Shown: positions 38,599 to 50,654 of the stretch, piece after piece
How positions within the stretch are numbered: position 1 is the first letter of the stretch
Layout: every line of letters begins with the position of its first letter
Source: Takakia lepidozioides
Lineage: Eukaryota; Plantae; Bryophyta
Assembly (NCBI GenBank): GCA_030704615.1
Contig: CM060734.1
Coordinates: 24,056,001-24,120,000 of the forward strand
Direction of reading: 5' to 3'
Length of the DNA: 64,000 nucleotides
Position numbers and translations under genes: made by a program
Notes under the pieces: model-generated
What the model saw: only the letters and a program-made list of their open reading frames with translations
What the model was told of the DNA's origin: nothing
Database searches by the model: none

Positions 38599-39630
38599 GT
38601 GATTGCACCAGGACCACCTCAGTTGTCGCCATTGGATACCACACCTCTCGTGTGGCAGTGCCCGGATGAAGGCATATGCCTTCTGGACTTGTTTGGCGGG
38701 ATCAACACTGGATTGGCTGCAGTGCTACAGGCAGGTGTACGAGTTCGACGTTACCTGTATGTGGAGAAGGATGAGACTGCACGACGCGTCTCACTACGCC
38801 ATGTTGCTCAGTTGGTATAGCAGTACCCTAATTTGCTGCCAGTGTCTGCAGTTCATGGATACCAACAAGCCTTGCCAGCAGACATTTCGTTGCTGGGGGC
38901 GCAGGATTTGGAGCAGGTTGGCTCCATTGATCTGGTAGTGGCAGGTTGGCCCTGCCAAGGGCATTCATCAGCCGGGCATGGCAATGGATTGCGAGACTCG
39001 AGGACGGGTCTGTTTTGGGAGATGGTGCAGGTTTTGCGCCACTTGCAGCTTCATCAAGCTGTATCTCCAGCATACATCTTGGAGAATGTGCCACTGATGG
39101 GTGATTCTCGGGCCAGGGTGATGGCCAATGTGCATCAAGTCCAGTCATGGCTTGGGTCAGCAGTGTTGCTGGATGCAGCTGCAGTGGGGTCACGAGCTCA
39201 TCGTCCATGGCTATGGTGGACTAACTTGATGCCACCCGCACTGCTCAAACGTGCATTTGATGGGGTGCAGCGGCCAGCATACCTCACAGTGGATAACATT
39301 TTGGACACAGGGAGGCAGTCTCAACGTGTGAGACACGATGACCGTTCGCATTTGGCAGTGGTCAACAGGGTGGGTCAACCACGAGCAGCATTATCTACAC
39401 TGCTCAGCTTCCCAGGATCCCATGCTTTTCGGGATGGTGGACCTGACCTCTTGTGGGGTAGCCAGTTGCAACAATTAGTGGAGCCCAATGCTGACGAGCA
39501 CGAGCGGGAGATGGGTTTTACCACTGGTACAACGGCGGTACCATCTCTTTTTGAGGCATCACGTCGTCAGGTGTTGGGGCAAGCAATGGATCTCAATTGC
39601 TTGACCTGGATTATCAGCTTGGCTATGGCT
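38599..39630 (+). pseudogene. C5 cytosine DNA methyltransferase domain (DNMT3/DRM-like motifs) in Pol; one in-frame TAG at 38818
   Basis: Motif I LLDLFGGI, II YVEKD, IV DLVVAGWPCQGHS, VI ILENV, VIII AHRPWLWWTN, IX EHEREMGF, X RRQVLGQAM; same frame as RT. Confidence 0.92.
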
Positions 39631-39978
39631 GAGCAGCGCAGAGTGCGGAGTACACTTCCCTTCATGGTCTCCCTGCCTACCAAGACAGTACAAGCAGCGA
39701 GTGGGGGCGAGCAGGTGAGGACCACGAGGTGCAGGCCGCATCCATGGCACACGTGGGAGGTGCTCGAGGTTCAGAATGAGTTGGTAGCCAAGGCGGCGGT
39801 GATGGATCAGGTTGGGGATTTTTCTCGGGTTGAGGAGGTCCTCAAGGATGGGATGATAGGGCAGGGTGAGACATTGTCATTGATAGAGGAGGCAGTGGTC
39901 ACTGCTCAAGAGGTTGCAGCATAGCAACCACGGGACGCGTCTCCTACCTCTAAGCCTGCTGGACTCAAGGTTGCAGTC

Positions 39979-41410
39979 ATGGAGGACAACTGGGAGCCTG
40001 ATGTTGGACCTATAGTCACCGGAGGAGAGAGACGACGTATACGGCGGTTCTTGAGGGCTTACAAGAACTGCTTTGCCTTCAGTTTGAAGGACTTAGGAGC
40101 ACTGAAGGGTCAAGAGATTCGCATTGAATTGGCTACTGACACGCCCATCTTTCGGAGACCCTATAGATACAGTGACATGGAGAGGTCCTTGATTCAGATG
40201 AGAACTCAGGACCTTTGGGAGGCTGGTTTGGTGGAGCTATCTGGGGGAGAGTATGCTTCAGCCACAGTGATGCCAGCCAAGAAGGATGTCTATGGCAATT
40301 GGACGGAGAGACGTATGTGCGGTGATTACCGGCCTGTAAATCGTCAGACCAAGTCCGATAGGTATGCCATGCCGACACCAGAAGAGATCTTTGATGCCAT
40401 TGGGCATGCCAAGGTCTTTAGCACTTTGGATTTACGATCCGGATATCACCAGTTGTCGATCAAGGAGGCGGATAAGCAGAAGACGGCATTCTGGGGGATC
40501 AATGAGCACGGCAATGATTGCTTATACCAGTGGCGGTTCTTACCATTTGGGCTTAAAAACGCTCCTGCAGAGTTTCAAAGAGTCATGGACAGGATTCTAG
40601 CAGGGGTGGAGTTTGCTCAGTGCTATATAGATGACATCATCATTTTTAGTGCTATGGTGGAGGAGCATGAGAGATACCTTCAGGTGGTATTTGAGCGCTT
40701 GAGGGCGCACGGATTGAAGTTACATCCGGGAAAATACAAGTTTTTCCACAACCAGATTGAGTATCTGGGTCACATGATATATCCTGGAGGATTGGGGGTA
40801 CAGCAGACTAAGGTAGAGTCCATTGCACAGATTCCACGCCCCATGGATGTGAGCCGAGTTCGAGCTTTCATGGGGTTAGCAAATTATTATAGACGGTTTG
40901 TTAAGGGATTTAGTGCCATTGCAAAGGCTCTAACCAAGCTGACCAAGGTGGACCAGGAGTGGCAGTGGGAAGATGAGCAAGAACAAGCTTTTCAAAAACT
41001 CAAGGCGAGGTTGACCTCGGCGCCCATCTTGAGACGACCTATCAGGGGGCGTCATTTTCAGCTGCATACAGATTGGAGCATGCTGGGGCTTGGTGGATGA
41101 TGAGGGAAGAGAGTTTGTAGTGGCTTATGCTAGCCGCTCGAACAACGCTGAAGAGTCTAAGTATAGCTCATATGAGAGAGAATGCTTAACTGCAGTGTGG
41201 GCCATGGCACACTTCAGGTGCTATCTATACGGCAATCTCTTCACCCTTGTCACGGATCACCAACCACTCAAGTGGTTGATGGAGTCAGACAAGCTTACGG
41301 GGAAGCTTGCACGGTGGGCACTCATCCTTCAAGAGTATGACTTTCAGGTTGTGCATCGACCAGGTTTGGTCAATCGCAATACAAATGGGTTGAGTCGCAA
41401 TCCATGCACG
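39979..41410 (+). pseudogene. reverse transcriptase and RNase H
   Basis: [34 protein letters not shown]; a small deletion at about 41093 causes a frameshift. Confidence 0.95.
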
Positions 41411-41732
41411 AGCCAGCAGGATGACACTGGAGCTCGGTGGCATGGTGAGACGGATGAGGAGATGGTGCCCGGATGGCATGCATCTGCATTTCTGTGTATC
41501 TTGGTAGCGGAAGGCCAGGTTGGACCTGCAACAGGGATGACTGTAGATCAAGTGTCTGAGGACCTTGAGGCCAGCAATGAGCAAGGTGGCGCCAAAGATA
41601 TACATGAGGATTCAGCTGTGTTGGAATATCTCCGCACTGGAGACATGGCAGCCACTGTGACTACCAAGGAGAGGGATCGGATCCTACAACGAGCCAAGAG
41701 GTTCAAGTGGGAGGGGACACCACCTGCTCCGA

Positions 41733-43042
41733 GTGTGGGAGGATGGTCGAGTGAGGATTGTGCCTCACCCAACACAGCGGGCACGGTTAGTGCGGCATGC
41801 CCATGAGGAGTTGGGGCATTTTGGGGTGCGACGCACTCATAGTCTACTGCAGGGGCAGTATTGGTGGCGTGGTATGCACACAAAGGTGCAACAATTTGTG
41901 GCTAGGTGCATGGTATGTGACAGGGTGCGTGCTTCATTCAACGCCCCTACTCCACAATTGCACCCTCTTCCGATCATGGGATTGGGCTACAGGTGGAGTC
42001 TTGACTTCGTCGGGCCGTTGCCACTGACCATGCGCCACAACAAGTACGTGTTGGTGATGGTGGAGCACTTCTCCAAGTGGATCGAGTTGGTTCCATTGCC
42101 GGATAAGGCTAGTGAGGGAGCTGCGTATGCATTCTTGGATTGTGTGCTTAGCCGATTCGGTGCTCCAGCTGAGGTACTCACGGACCAAGGGAGACAGTTC
42201 TTGGGGGAGTTTCAGGCTTTGTGTGACAAGGCCTTGGTAGACCACCGTACCACTTCTTGGGATCATCCTGAGGCCGATGGCTTGGCAGAGAGGGTTGTTC
42301 AGACAGTAAAGAGGGGTTTGCGCAAGTATGGCTTGCAGAAGAAGGGACACCTAGGAGATTGGGACCTTCAGTTACCCTGGTTAGCCATAGGCTACAGGTT
42401 CAGCAAGCAAGCATCACTTACTCCTTCTCACCATACTTTCTTCTCTTTGGCCGAGAGCCAGATTTGCCTACATCCATTCGCAGAGAAGCTGCTACAGTTC
42501 TTAACCTTGACGATCCAGACGTGTGGGCACGTGCATGTGAACAGCGTGCAGAGTTGTTCAAGAAAGTCATGCCCATGGCTTTTGAGAACCTTGCCATTGC
42601 ACAACATCGTGATACGTTGAGGTATGCTACCATACGTGGTGGGGGTTATCGTCCTGGGGTTCGGAGATTCAACCCTGGTGACTATGTCTATCTACAGCAG
42701 ACTGCTCCTACGACCTTGGATGTGACTGCAAGACGTGTTATTTTGAGGGTTCGAGAGGTCTTGCCCTCAGGCGTCTTGATCTTAGAGGGTCGGGATGGCA
42801 TAACTTGGAAGGACCATGTGCGTAATTGTGCGCCATGTCACCTTCCGAATGTCGATGGCAGGATTGACCCAAACCTGGCAGTGGTATCTGCAAGTTTGAG
42901 GTGCATGTGTGGGTCTGCTAGAGGGGCAGCCACCATGCTGGTGTGTGATCGATGCTCTAGAGGTTGGCATATGGGATGCTTGACTCCACCTCTTGAGATG
43001 GTTCCGGATGGGGATTGGTTATGTCCACATTGCATTGGATAG
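41733..43042 (+). pseudogene. integrase (HHCC, DDE) with C-terminal PHD finger
   Basis: HEELGH...CMVC, SLDFVG, LTDQG, AERVVQ; terminal CMC...LVCDRCSRGWHMGCLTPPL...DWLCPHC. Confidence 0.92.
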
Positions 43043-43290
43043 TGGGAGTGGATACAACCATGGAAGGCTAACAAGAAACGCAAGGCCAAGCTACTAGGAG
43101 ACCTTGAACACACGAAATCCTGGCTCAAGTTCACAGATTGCAAGACGGCGACTAACGATGGGGCTACTCTTGTACCCGGCCTCTTGGTCTATAGAGTTTG
43201 AGTACAATAGGGACAGTGATAGAGGACTTAGTACGCTGTGGCTATTACATCTTGTAGCTATCTGGAGTTAGAGGGACCTATCTACCAGCT

Positions 43291-43824
43291 AGGGGGCGAT
43301 GTGGCGAGACTAATTATTGTGCATATATGCATGGTGTGGTTTGGACAGGATGTAGTTGTATAGCGATATGTATGCGCACGACAGCTGTCAAGTTAAATAA
43401 ACACAGTGTGAAACTAACTAGAATAAAGCTAGTTATTTGTATTTAACACTTGGATTTAGTTCAAGTGTTAAGTCAGGTGTCAAGTTTAGTTTGACACCTG
43501 AACCGTTTTATCTTCACGAGAGCGTCAGTCGTGCGGCTCATCTCTCTCGAGTTGAGCCTGCACGACCGAGCTCCTTCATCGTTCAGAATCTGAGTGTGAT
43601 TATGAAGGGATGATAGGTTGTTGTGGGGGGTGGAGTCCCCATAGCTTGGGGTGCCCCTGGCTTGACTACTATTTTAAAGAGTGATGGTGTTGGATTTCAT
43701 GTTTCTTAAGTGAACAGTGTCTTCTTAGTTTTCTATCATTGTGGCAGACTACTTTATTGTGCATATATGCGTGGTGTGGTTTGGACAGCGATGTAGTTGT
43801 GTAGTGATATGTATGCGCACGACA
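43291..43824 (+). repeat. PPT followed by the B1-A2-B2 repeat block
   Basis: AGGGGGCGA at 43291-43299; B1 and B2 are ~85-bp near-identical copies; junction GACAGCTGTC at 43380-43389. Confidence 0.92.
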
Positions 43825-43829
43825 TTTTT

Positions 43830-44610
43830 AAAAAATACGTCCGCCTATATTGGCGGTCGCATATAATTTATTATTTTTTAAATGAAGCGACCGCCCATAT
43901 TGGCGGTCGCTTGTAATTTAATATTGTGTTAAATTAAGCAACTGCCTATATTGGCGGTCGCCGGTAATTTATTAATTTTTAAATGAAGCGACCGCCCATA
44001 TTGGCGGTCGCTTGTATTTTATTATATTTTAAAAATAAACGACCGCCTATTGGCGGTCGGTTGAAGTTTATTATGTTTTTAAATGAAGCGACCGCCCAAA
44101 CTGGCGGTCGCTCGCACTTTATATTATTATTATATCTTTAATATTTTTGTAAAAATACAGCGACCGCCATGTGGCGGTCGCGTATAGTTTTTTTTAAATT
44201 TAGCGACCGCCATTTAGCAGCGGTTGCTTATTTTTATTTTTATTCTTAAATAAATTGACCGCCGTCTGGCGGTCGTTTCTTCAGTAAATTTTTGAAAAAT
44301 GCAGCGACCGCCATTTGGCGGCTGTCACTATTTTTGTTAATAAACAATACAGCGACCGCCATTTGGCGGCGGTCGCTTGATTTGATTTTGATTCTTAAAT
44401 TAAGCGACCGCCGTTTGGCGGTCGCTTACTTAATTTTTTTTAAAAATGAAGCGACCGCCATTTAGCGGCGATCGCTTATTTTTATTTTGAATCTTGAATT
44501 AAGCGACCGCCAGTAGGCGATCGCTTATTTAATATATTTTTAAAAAATGCAGCGACTGCCATGTGGCGGTCGCTGTTTCTGTTTTTATAAATATAGCGAC
44601 CGCCATGCGA
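43830..44610. repeat. GCGACCGCC-N-GGCGGTCGC hairpin array
   Basis: About 18 units, same motif as 22130-22945. Confidence 0.9.
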
Positions 44611-44732
44611 CAGTTGCATTTTTATTATTTTCTTGGAAATCCAGGGACCCGCCGTGTGGCGTGTTTTTGTTTTTTAATCATGAAGCGACGTCTGGCCAGC
44701 CACGTGGCGAGGTGCCACGGGTCAGGAAAAAC

Positions 44733-46930
44733 CAGGGTTGCACACGTCAGTGACGTCACGTCAGGTCACGTCGGACCTGATGCTGACGCGACCAACGTCA
44801 CGTCAGTTTTGCCGAAAAATCAGTAAAACATGAGTTAGGTGAAAAATATGTCACGTAGGTGGACACGTTGTATTCCAAGCGACACCTTGGCAAGTGAATG
44901 AATTGTTTTATAATCTACTCCAACCGCCAATAGTTGAGGTCATTTTTAAATCATTATTCTTAAATTGGTGCGACCTCCAAATGGTGGTGGTCGCAGAAAT
45001 TTATCTTATTTTTTAATAGTTGCGACCACTAGAAGAAGGGTTGTCGCAACATTTTTTGTTTTTTAAAAATAGATGCGACCACCAGCAGGGGTGGTCGCAT
45101 TTTTTTCTTTTTCTTAAACAGTTGCGACCACCGCTACTAGTGGTCGCACAATTTTTATTTTATTTGTAATAGGTGCGACCACCATCAGGGGGGTGGTCGC
45201 AACATTTTTCTATTTTTTAATATCTGCGACCACCAGCATGGGGGTGGTCGCAGCATTTTTCTGGTTTTTTAATAGGTGCGACCACCAGCAGGGGGGTGGT
45301 CGCAGAATTTATTTATTTATTTAATAAATATTCTCTGTGTCCACGAGCAGGGGGGTGGTCGCAGCATTTTTCTTTTTTTTAATAGGTGCGACCACCAACA
45401 TGGTGGTGGTCGCAGAAATTTTCTATTTGTTTAATAGTTGCGACCACCAGCAGGGGGGTGGTCGCAGAAATTTTCTGTTTTTTTAATAGGTACGACCACC
45501 AGTAGGGGATGGTCGCAACAATTTTTTATTATTTTATTTATTTATTAGAATAATCTCTGTGACCACGAGCATGGGGGTGGACACATCATTTTTATTTATT
45601 TTTAATAGGTGTGACCACCAGCATGAGGGTGGTCGCAGCAGTTTTAAAAAAATAATAACGTACGACTTCCTCGTGCGACCTGGAGCGGTCGCAGCATTGG
45701 ATCTGATTCGTCGAGCGTGTGAGGCTTGGAGGCTGGAGGGTATATAAGGTGGTCCCAATGCCCCTCACTTCTTTTGTAGCAAACACTTTTGTGGCGAGTG
45801 AATGTTCTCTATTCCTTGAGCAAGAGTGTAAACTCAAACTGAGGGTGCGGACTTTTTACTGTTGTGGCTTTCACCAGAGCCACTGCAGCAAATTGTCGAA
45901 AAGCACAATACTACATGGTGCATTGATGCACTTGGATTGATGTCGTAGTGTTTGGCCTCAAGATCGTGGGTGCAAAATCATCCAAGAGGGCCAGATTTGG
46001 AGCAAGGAACAGCGCTGGCAGGAGTTCTATAAATATGATCAACAGCGGTGGGACAATATTGTCAACAAGGTGAGCTTTCTTCATGCAACATCGTAGGGAG
46101 TTTGACATAACTTTGTATTTAAATATGTTAGTGTGGAGGGAGGGCTAGCCGCTGATGCAAGGATGGACTGTGGGTTCAGGATCACCCAAGAAGGCTACCA
46201 GCAGTGGAAGTAGCAGCACTTGGTCAATAGCAGCAGCAAGAATTAACAGCATCAAACTCATTAATCAGGTACTTGCTTCTGTACACATTTCATCCTCTTA
46301 TCAACGTAGTCCCTGCTTGGACAGCCTATAGGGCTGTATAAAACAGGACTTTGGAACCTTCCAACCCGGGTGCTTTGTTATTGGTCTATCAAGGTCTGAT
46401 TTGAATGTTTTCATTGCATTTTGCAGGTGAACTCATCATGGAAGAAGAGTTGGAAGTAAAAGTCCTGCTCGTTGGAGGAGATGCATCACCAAACAGGCTT
46501 GGTTCTATGTTCACTATGCAAGCCACGAGCTTGGGAATGGGTTCGGATTGTGCTGTATTTTTTGTTGATGAGGAGACTGCGATCCAAACTACAAACAGGA
46601 AAGGCAAACCAGGGAAAACCTGCAGAGGAGCAACCAAAGGCACTTGGTATTTGGGCAGGGTTCAAAGAATGCGGAAGAAAATCAATAAGCGGTTTGTAGA
46701 ATGTAGGGATTCTGTTGATTATTGGAGCGTCCTTCTCATATGAAGATTGGGTTAGCATCGGTACCAAAAAAATTCGAGGAGGGGTCTTATACGTACGATT
46801 TGACGGATAACATGATGGTTTGATTTGGATTCCATTATCGGTTAGCATGTTTAAAGTACAATGTCAAGTCAAACACATATGTATTTGATGCAAATGACTG
46901 AAAAGTCTTTGACAACTTTATCAAAGGCAA
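44733..46930 (+). mobile_element. related hAT-like element with TGCGACCACC-N-GGTGGTCGCA array (44960-45640) and coding remnant
   Basis: Starts CAGGGTTGC. 45740-45900 is homologous to the TATA/5'UTR region at 23055-23220. Remnant ORF at 46405-46743. The right end was not found. Confidence 0.55.
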
Positions 46931-49014
46931 ATAATTTTTTTAATTAATTTGTTAGATTTTATTATGTTTTAAATGAATAAATTCGATATAATATAAAAAC
47001 ATACATATACATATTGGAGGGTTATTTTTAATGATGGAAAATGAGAATATACATACAGAAGGGGGTACTTTTTAAAAATTGTAAATTTTTGTATATTTAC
47101 AGGAGGGGGTTTTATAATCTTCAAAAGTATGTACAGAGGGGTATAAATTATCCAAGGACCTGTATACAGGGGGTTTTTTTTTATTAGGCGACGAACGCAC
47201 GTGATACGCACAGTTTATAAAGAGTGCACCCCCCGGGTATCATGCTCAAACCAAGGTGTTAGTAAATCAAACATAAAACTGAAAACAGAAGGGAGATTGG
47301 TTGATAATGTGTACAAGAACCACCAAGTACACTGGTCTAAATCAGAGAGGGAAGATACTTATGTCTTGTCGAGACATGGAACAAGACCTGACAAGGTCAT
47401 TGTAAAATTAACGACAAATCAGCCTCATAACAAGGCATTATCAACCATTCTTCATTCACAAGTCAGCTTTATGACAAATCCCAGACTTCAAAGTCAATGA
47501 AGTCTCTGGGTGGGGGGGTGGGAAAAATTAGAGACTCAATTACCACTGTTCATAGCAGGAAACCATTGTTCAGCATGCTAAAAAGTGCCATTCATGACAT
47601 GCCATGTCATTCAGCCTGTATTTTTTGGTCAGCTTACATACCAAGGCATAACCAACCATCATAATTTATTGTTGGCCCAAAAACTAGTATAGTTTTGGGT
47701 TCTTTGTATCATTGGACATACCAAAGTGACTGAGCAGTAAGTATCCATGTCCAAATAAAGATCCATTGATCACTGTTCATGGCTGGAAATGTCTGTTTGT
47801 CTTAAAGAAGCCATTTATGATCATAGAAGGCTTAAGAACAAAATAAGAGCATTTCTTTACATAAAGAACATCACCAAAGCAGGGTTACAGACTGATATTT
47901 TGCAGCTTATACAACAGGGTATAATCAGCTGTCCTATTTTGCACATCAAGTCACTTATTGACACCATGTTTTTTGCCCCATGATCTGTTTTAGATCTGGG
48001 GCTGGTGTGTAATTTCAATGACAGGGTAGAGTAATATTCCCACTCTTATTCCATGCCCCAAGACCATTCTATGTCTGGGGTAGGAAATCATTACCATAAC
48101 AGGCTGTAATCAGATTTACATGCCATGCAATCATCCATAGGAAACACGAAGAATCTGAATTGCTCATCCCATCAGGCCTGCAGGTTACTTTGGTATTATT
48201 TATCCTAAAGCAACTTGAATACAATGCCTGAATCATTCTGTTCACATCTACCAATGTCTTACCATTATGGAAAATAGGTAAACATTCAAGGGCATATAAC
48301 CAAGGACCAGATTTGGCCACAAAAGATCCATCCATATCAGTTTGGCATGGTATCAAGTGTCCTAAAGTAACCAGCTTCTAAAAGAGGCTAAGTTTCCAAT
48401 GCATGTACATTCAAAAACACTGTCTGGTCATGAAAACAGGTCTGCCCTACATTGTAGCATGTTACCAGATCTCTTTAAAGCCATCAGCTTGTCATATCAT
48501 TGCTCCATTGTCACATCAGTATGCCATAGGGAACAAGAGATAGTCGCCCTAATGATTGATTGTCCACCATACTAGGTTAAACATAGGAGCCATCAAGATC
48601 AAAGGAAAGAGGAAGAAAGGATTGTTCTCCCCCAAAGATACAGATGGCATCGCTTCTTCAACTCAATTCCAATCAACTTCAAGCTTTAAAATCCATGTTA
48701 AGTAAGGACCCTCACCTGGTCCCATCACATGCAATCAGAAACAGTTAAGTTAGAGACGATGTGGAACCCCAGGTGAATCGCAGGTCTCACGCTTGTTATC
48801 GTTGTAGGCACTCATTCACGCACTTTTCTTGACCATAGCACGCCCCTTCGCACTTAGTCCAGCCCCTGCAGCTGCTGCTTCAAGAGTTGTGTTCCCTTCA
48901 AGCTTGAAGTTGAAACCCCAACTCACATATGCCCTACAAGTGTTTTTCTTTCACCCCAAGTGGAAACCAGCCCTAGCCCTTCCATTCTAGCTCTCTAAAG
49001 CTTGAAAACAAGAG

Positions 49015-49450
49015 CCTCAATGGGTTGAAGGCATGCTCCACACATGCCCCACTCTCACCATAAGAGAATCAGCTCCTTTGCTTCATTTCTTGCACCCACA
49101 AACTTAAAAATACAAGCTTCAGCGGGCTGAAAGCATGCTCCACACATGCCCTACAAGGAAACCAGCCCCTTCCTTCCTTTCTTGCACTCCCAAACCTGAA
49201 AGTACAAGCCTTCAACAGGCTGAAAGCATGCTCAACACATGTATTGCCCTCACATAAGGGAAGTCAACCCTTCCCTCTTCCTTGCTTGCCCTCCATGCTT
49301 GAAGATGGAAGCTTCAATGGGCTGAATGTATGCTCCACACATGCATCGTCTTCACACAAGAGGTAATATCAGCCCCCTATCTTGGCTGAATGCATGCTCC
49401 ACACATGCATCCCCTTCACACAAGAGGTAATATCAGCCCCCTATCTTGGC
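49015..49450. repeat. dispersed repeats with core ATGCTCCACACATG
   Basis: Five copies, including a ~65-bp tandem duplication at about 49322-49450. Confidence 0.6.
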
Positions 49451-49799
49451 TCTTTGGCTCCTTGATGCTCTCTAAGATAAGACTAAGCACTCCACAACCT
49501 TTGCCAAGCTCCTAAAACCCTAAGGTTTACATTTCCAGCCACAAGACATTCTTCTTGTGGTGCAAGAGCTCTTCTTCCAAGCTCTGAAACCCTAGGTGCA
49601 CATTCCATGGCCTTGCCGCACCTCTTAGCTCCTGTTCCAGCCCTGTTCTTGCCATGGCAAGAGCCCTTTCAATGCTGAAGCTCGAGATTGAAACCCAATC
49701 TCAATATACTCCACAAAGTGCATTGATTTGCCCCAAGCCAAATCAGCCTTTTAGCTTGGTCTTGCAATCCTTCACACAATGAAAGCTCGTATTCCCAAG

Positions 49800-50654
49800 G
49801 CCAATTCTCAGCTTTGCCACCAAAGCCACTATAACCTGCTCCAATCCTACATTCTTTCGTAAAATGTCCGGGTTTCTTACAATAAAAACATTTACCAGGT
49901 CTCTTTTTGGTTGGTTGAGGACCACCATATGAGCCACCTGGACTAGAGCCTATTTCAATACCTGGACTGTTACTTTTTCCCAGGACTAAATTTCTTTTTG
50001 GGAAAAGGCTTCTGTACAAAGCTGACTCTGTTGACTAAATCCCTACGGTCTTTCTCCTTAATTCCTCGTTCAACAAATATCCCATTAATTGGTGAAACGT
50101 GAGACCGGGCTGATTTTCGTTAGCTACAATGAATACTTCGTATGAGGGAGGAAGACTATTAAGTAATGTTAATATCTTTTCAGCCTCATCGATTGTTATT
50201 CCTACACCAGCAAGCTGGTCGATCAGATTACTAAATGCACTAATGTGATTAGCTATGCTATCACTTTCTGCCATTTTCAAATATTGAAACTGACGTTTTA
50301 AGTACATTTTAGTGGTCGCATCTTTTGTTTCAAAGATCGTCACTAATTGATCCCAACCCGCTTTTGATGTTGTAGCATTAGCTATATGAAGTATTTGGGA
50401 ATCTTTTAAATAAAACATTATCGTGGATAATGCTTTCAGATCCCTGTCATCATTTTTCCCTTCTCAAGAGTATCTTAGTTTTGATCTTCCACATATGGAA
50501 GTTATCTCCATCGAATTTATCGATGAGACGAGCATCCATTGAAGTGGAAGTCATACTTATCAGATTTTTTTTTTAGAAATTTAATAGTTCATATAGTTTT
50601 TCTTTGACTCTCTATCCATTTTGCATATAAGCTTTTCGCATAGCTCTGATACCA
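49800..50654 (-). mobile_element. Ty1/Copia 5' fragment (PBS, gag UBN2, CCHC)
   Basis: Met PBS rc at 50643-50654; gag AGWDQL...LLNSLPPSYE; CFYCKKPGHFTKEC. Confidence 0.85.

Larger units (their letters stand above)
33215..43824 (+). mobile_element. Ty3/Gypsy retrotransposon encoding gag-PR-C5 DNA methyltransferase-RT-RNaseH-IN-PHD with split direct repeats A...B-A-B
   Basis: Ends TGTC...GACA in T runs. A1 33215-33566, B1 43300-43383, A2 43386-43738, B2 43740-43824. Domain motifs are listed in the sub-features. Confidence 0.92.
33023..44650. mobile_element. other arm of the hAT element (inverted), interrupted by the methyltransferase Gypsy
   Basis: Terminus CCTAGTTAT at 33023 next to the rc TSD; the same GCGACCGCC arrays resume at 43830-44600. 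Confidence 0.7.

Noticed and set aside
38599-39630. bacterial restriction-modification gene or contamination
   Set aside because: The domain is in frame with Pol inside a repeat-bounded retroelement, with no endonuclease or operon.
33215-43824. DIRS/Ngaro tyrosine-recombinase element, suggested by the split repeats and methyltransferase
   Set aside because: It has an aspartic protease and an HHCC/DDE integrase, no YR motifs were seen, and the methyltransferase is C5 type.
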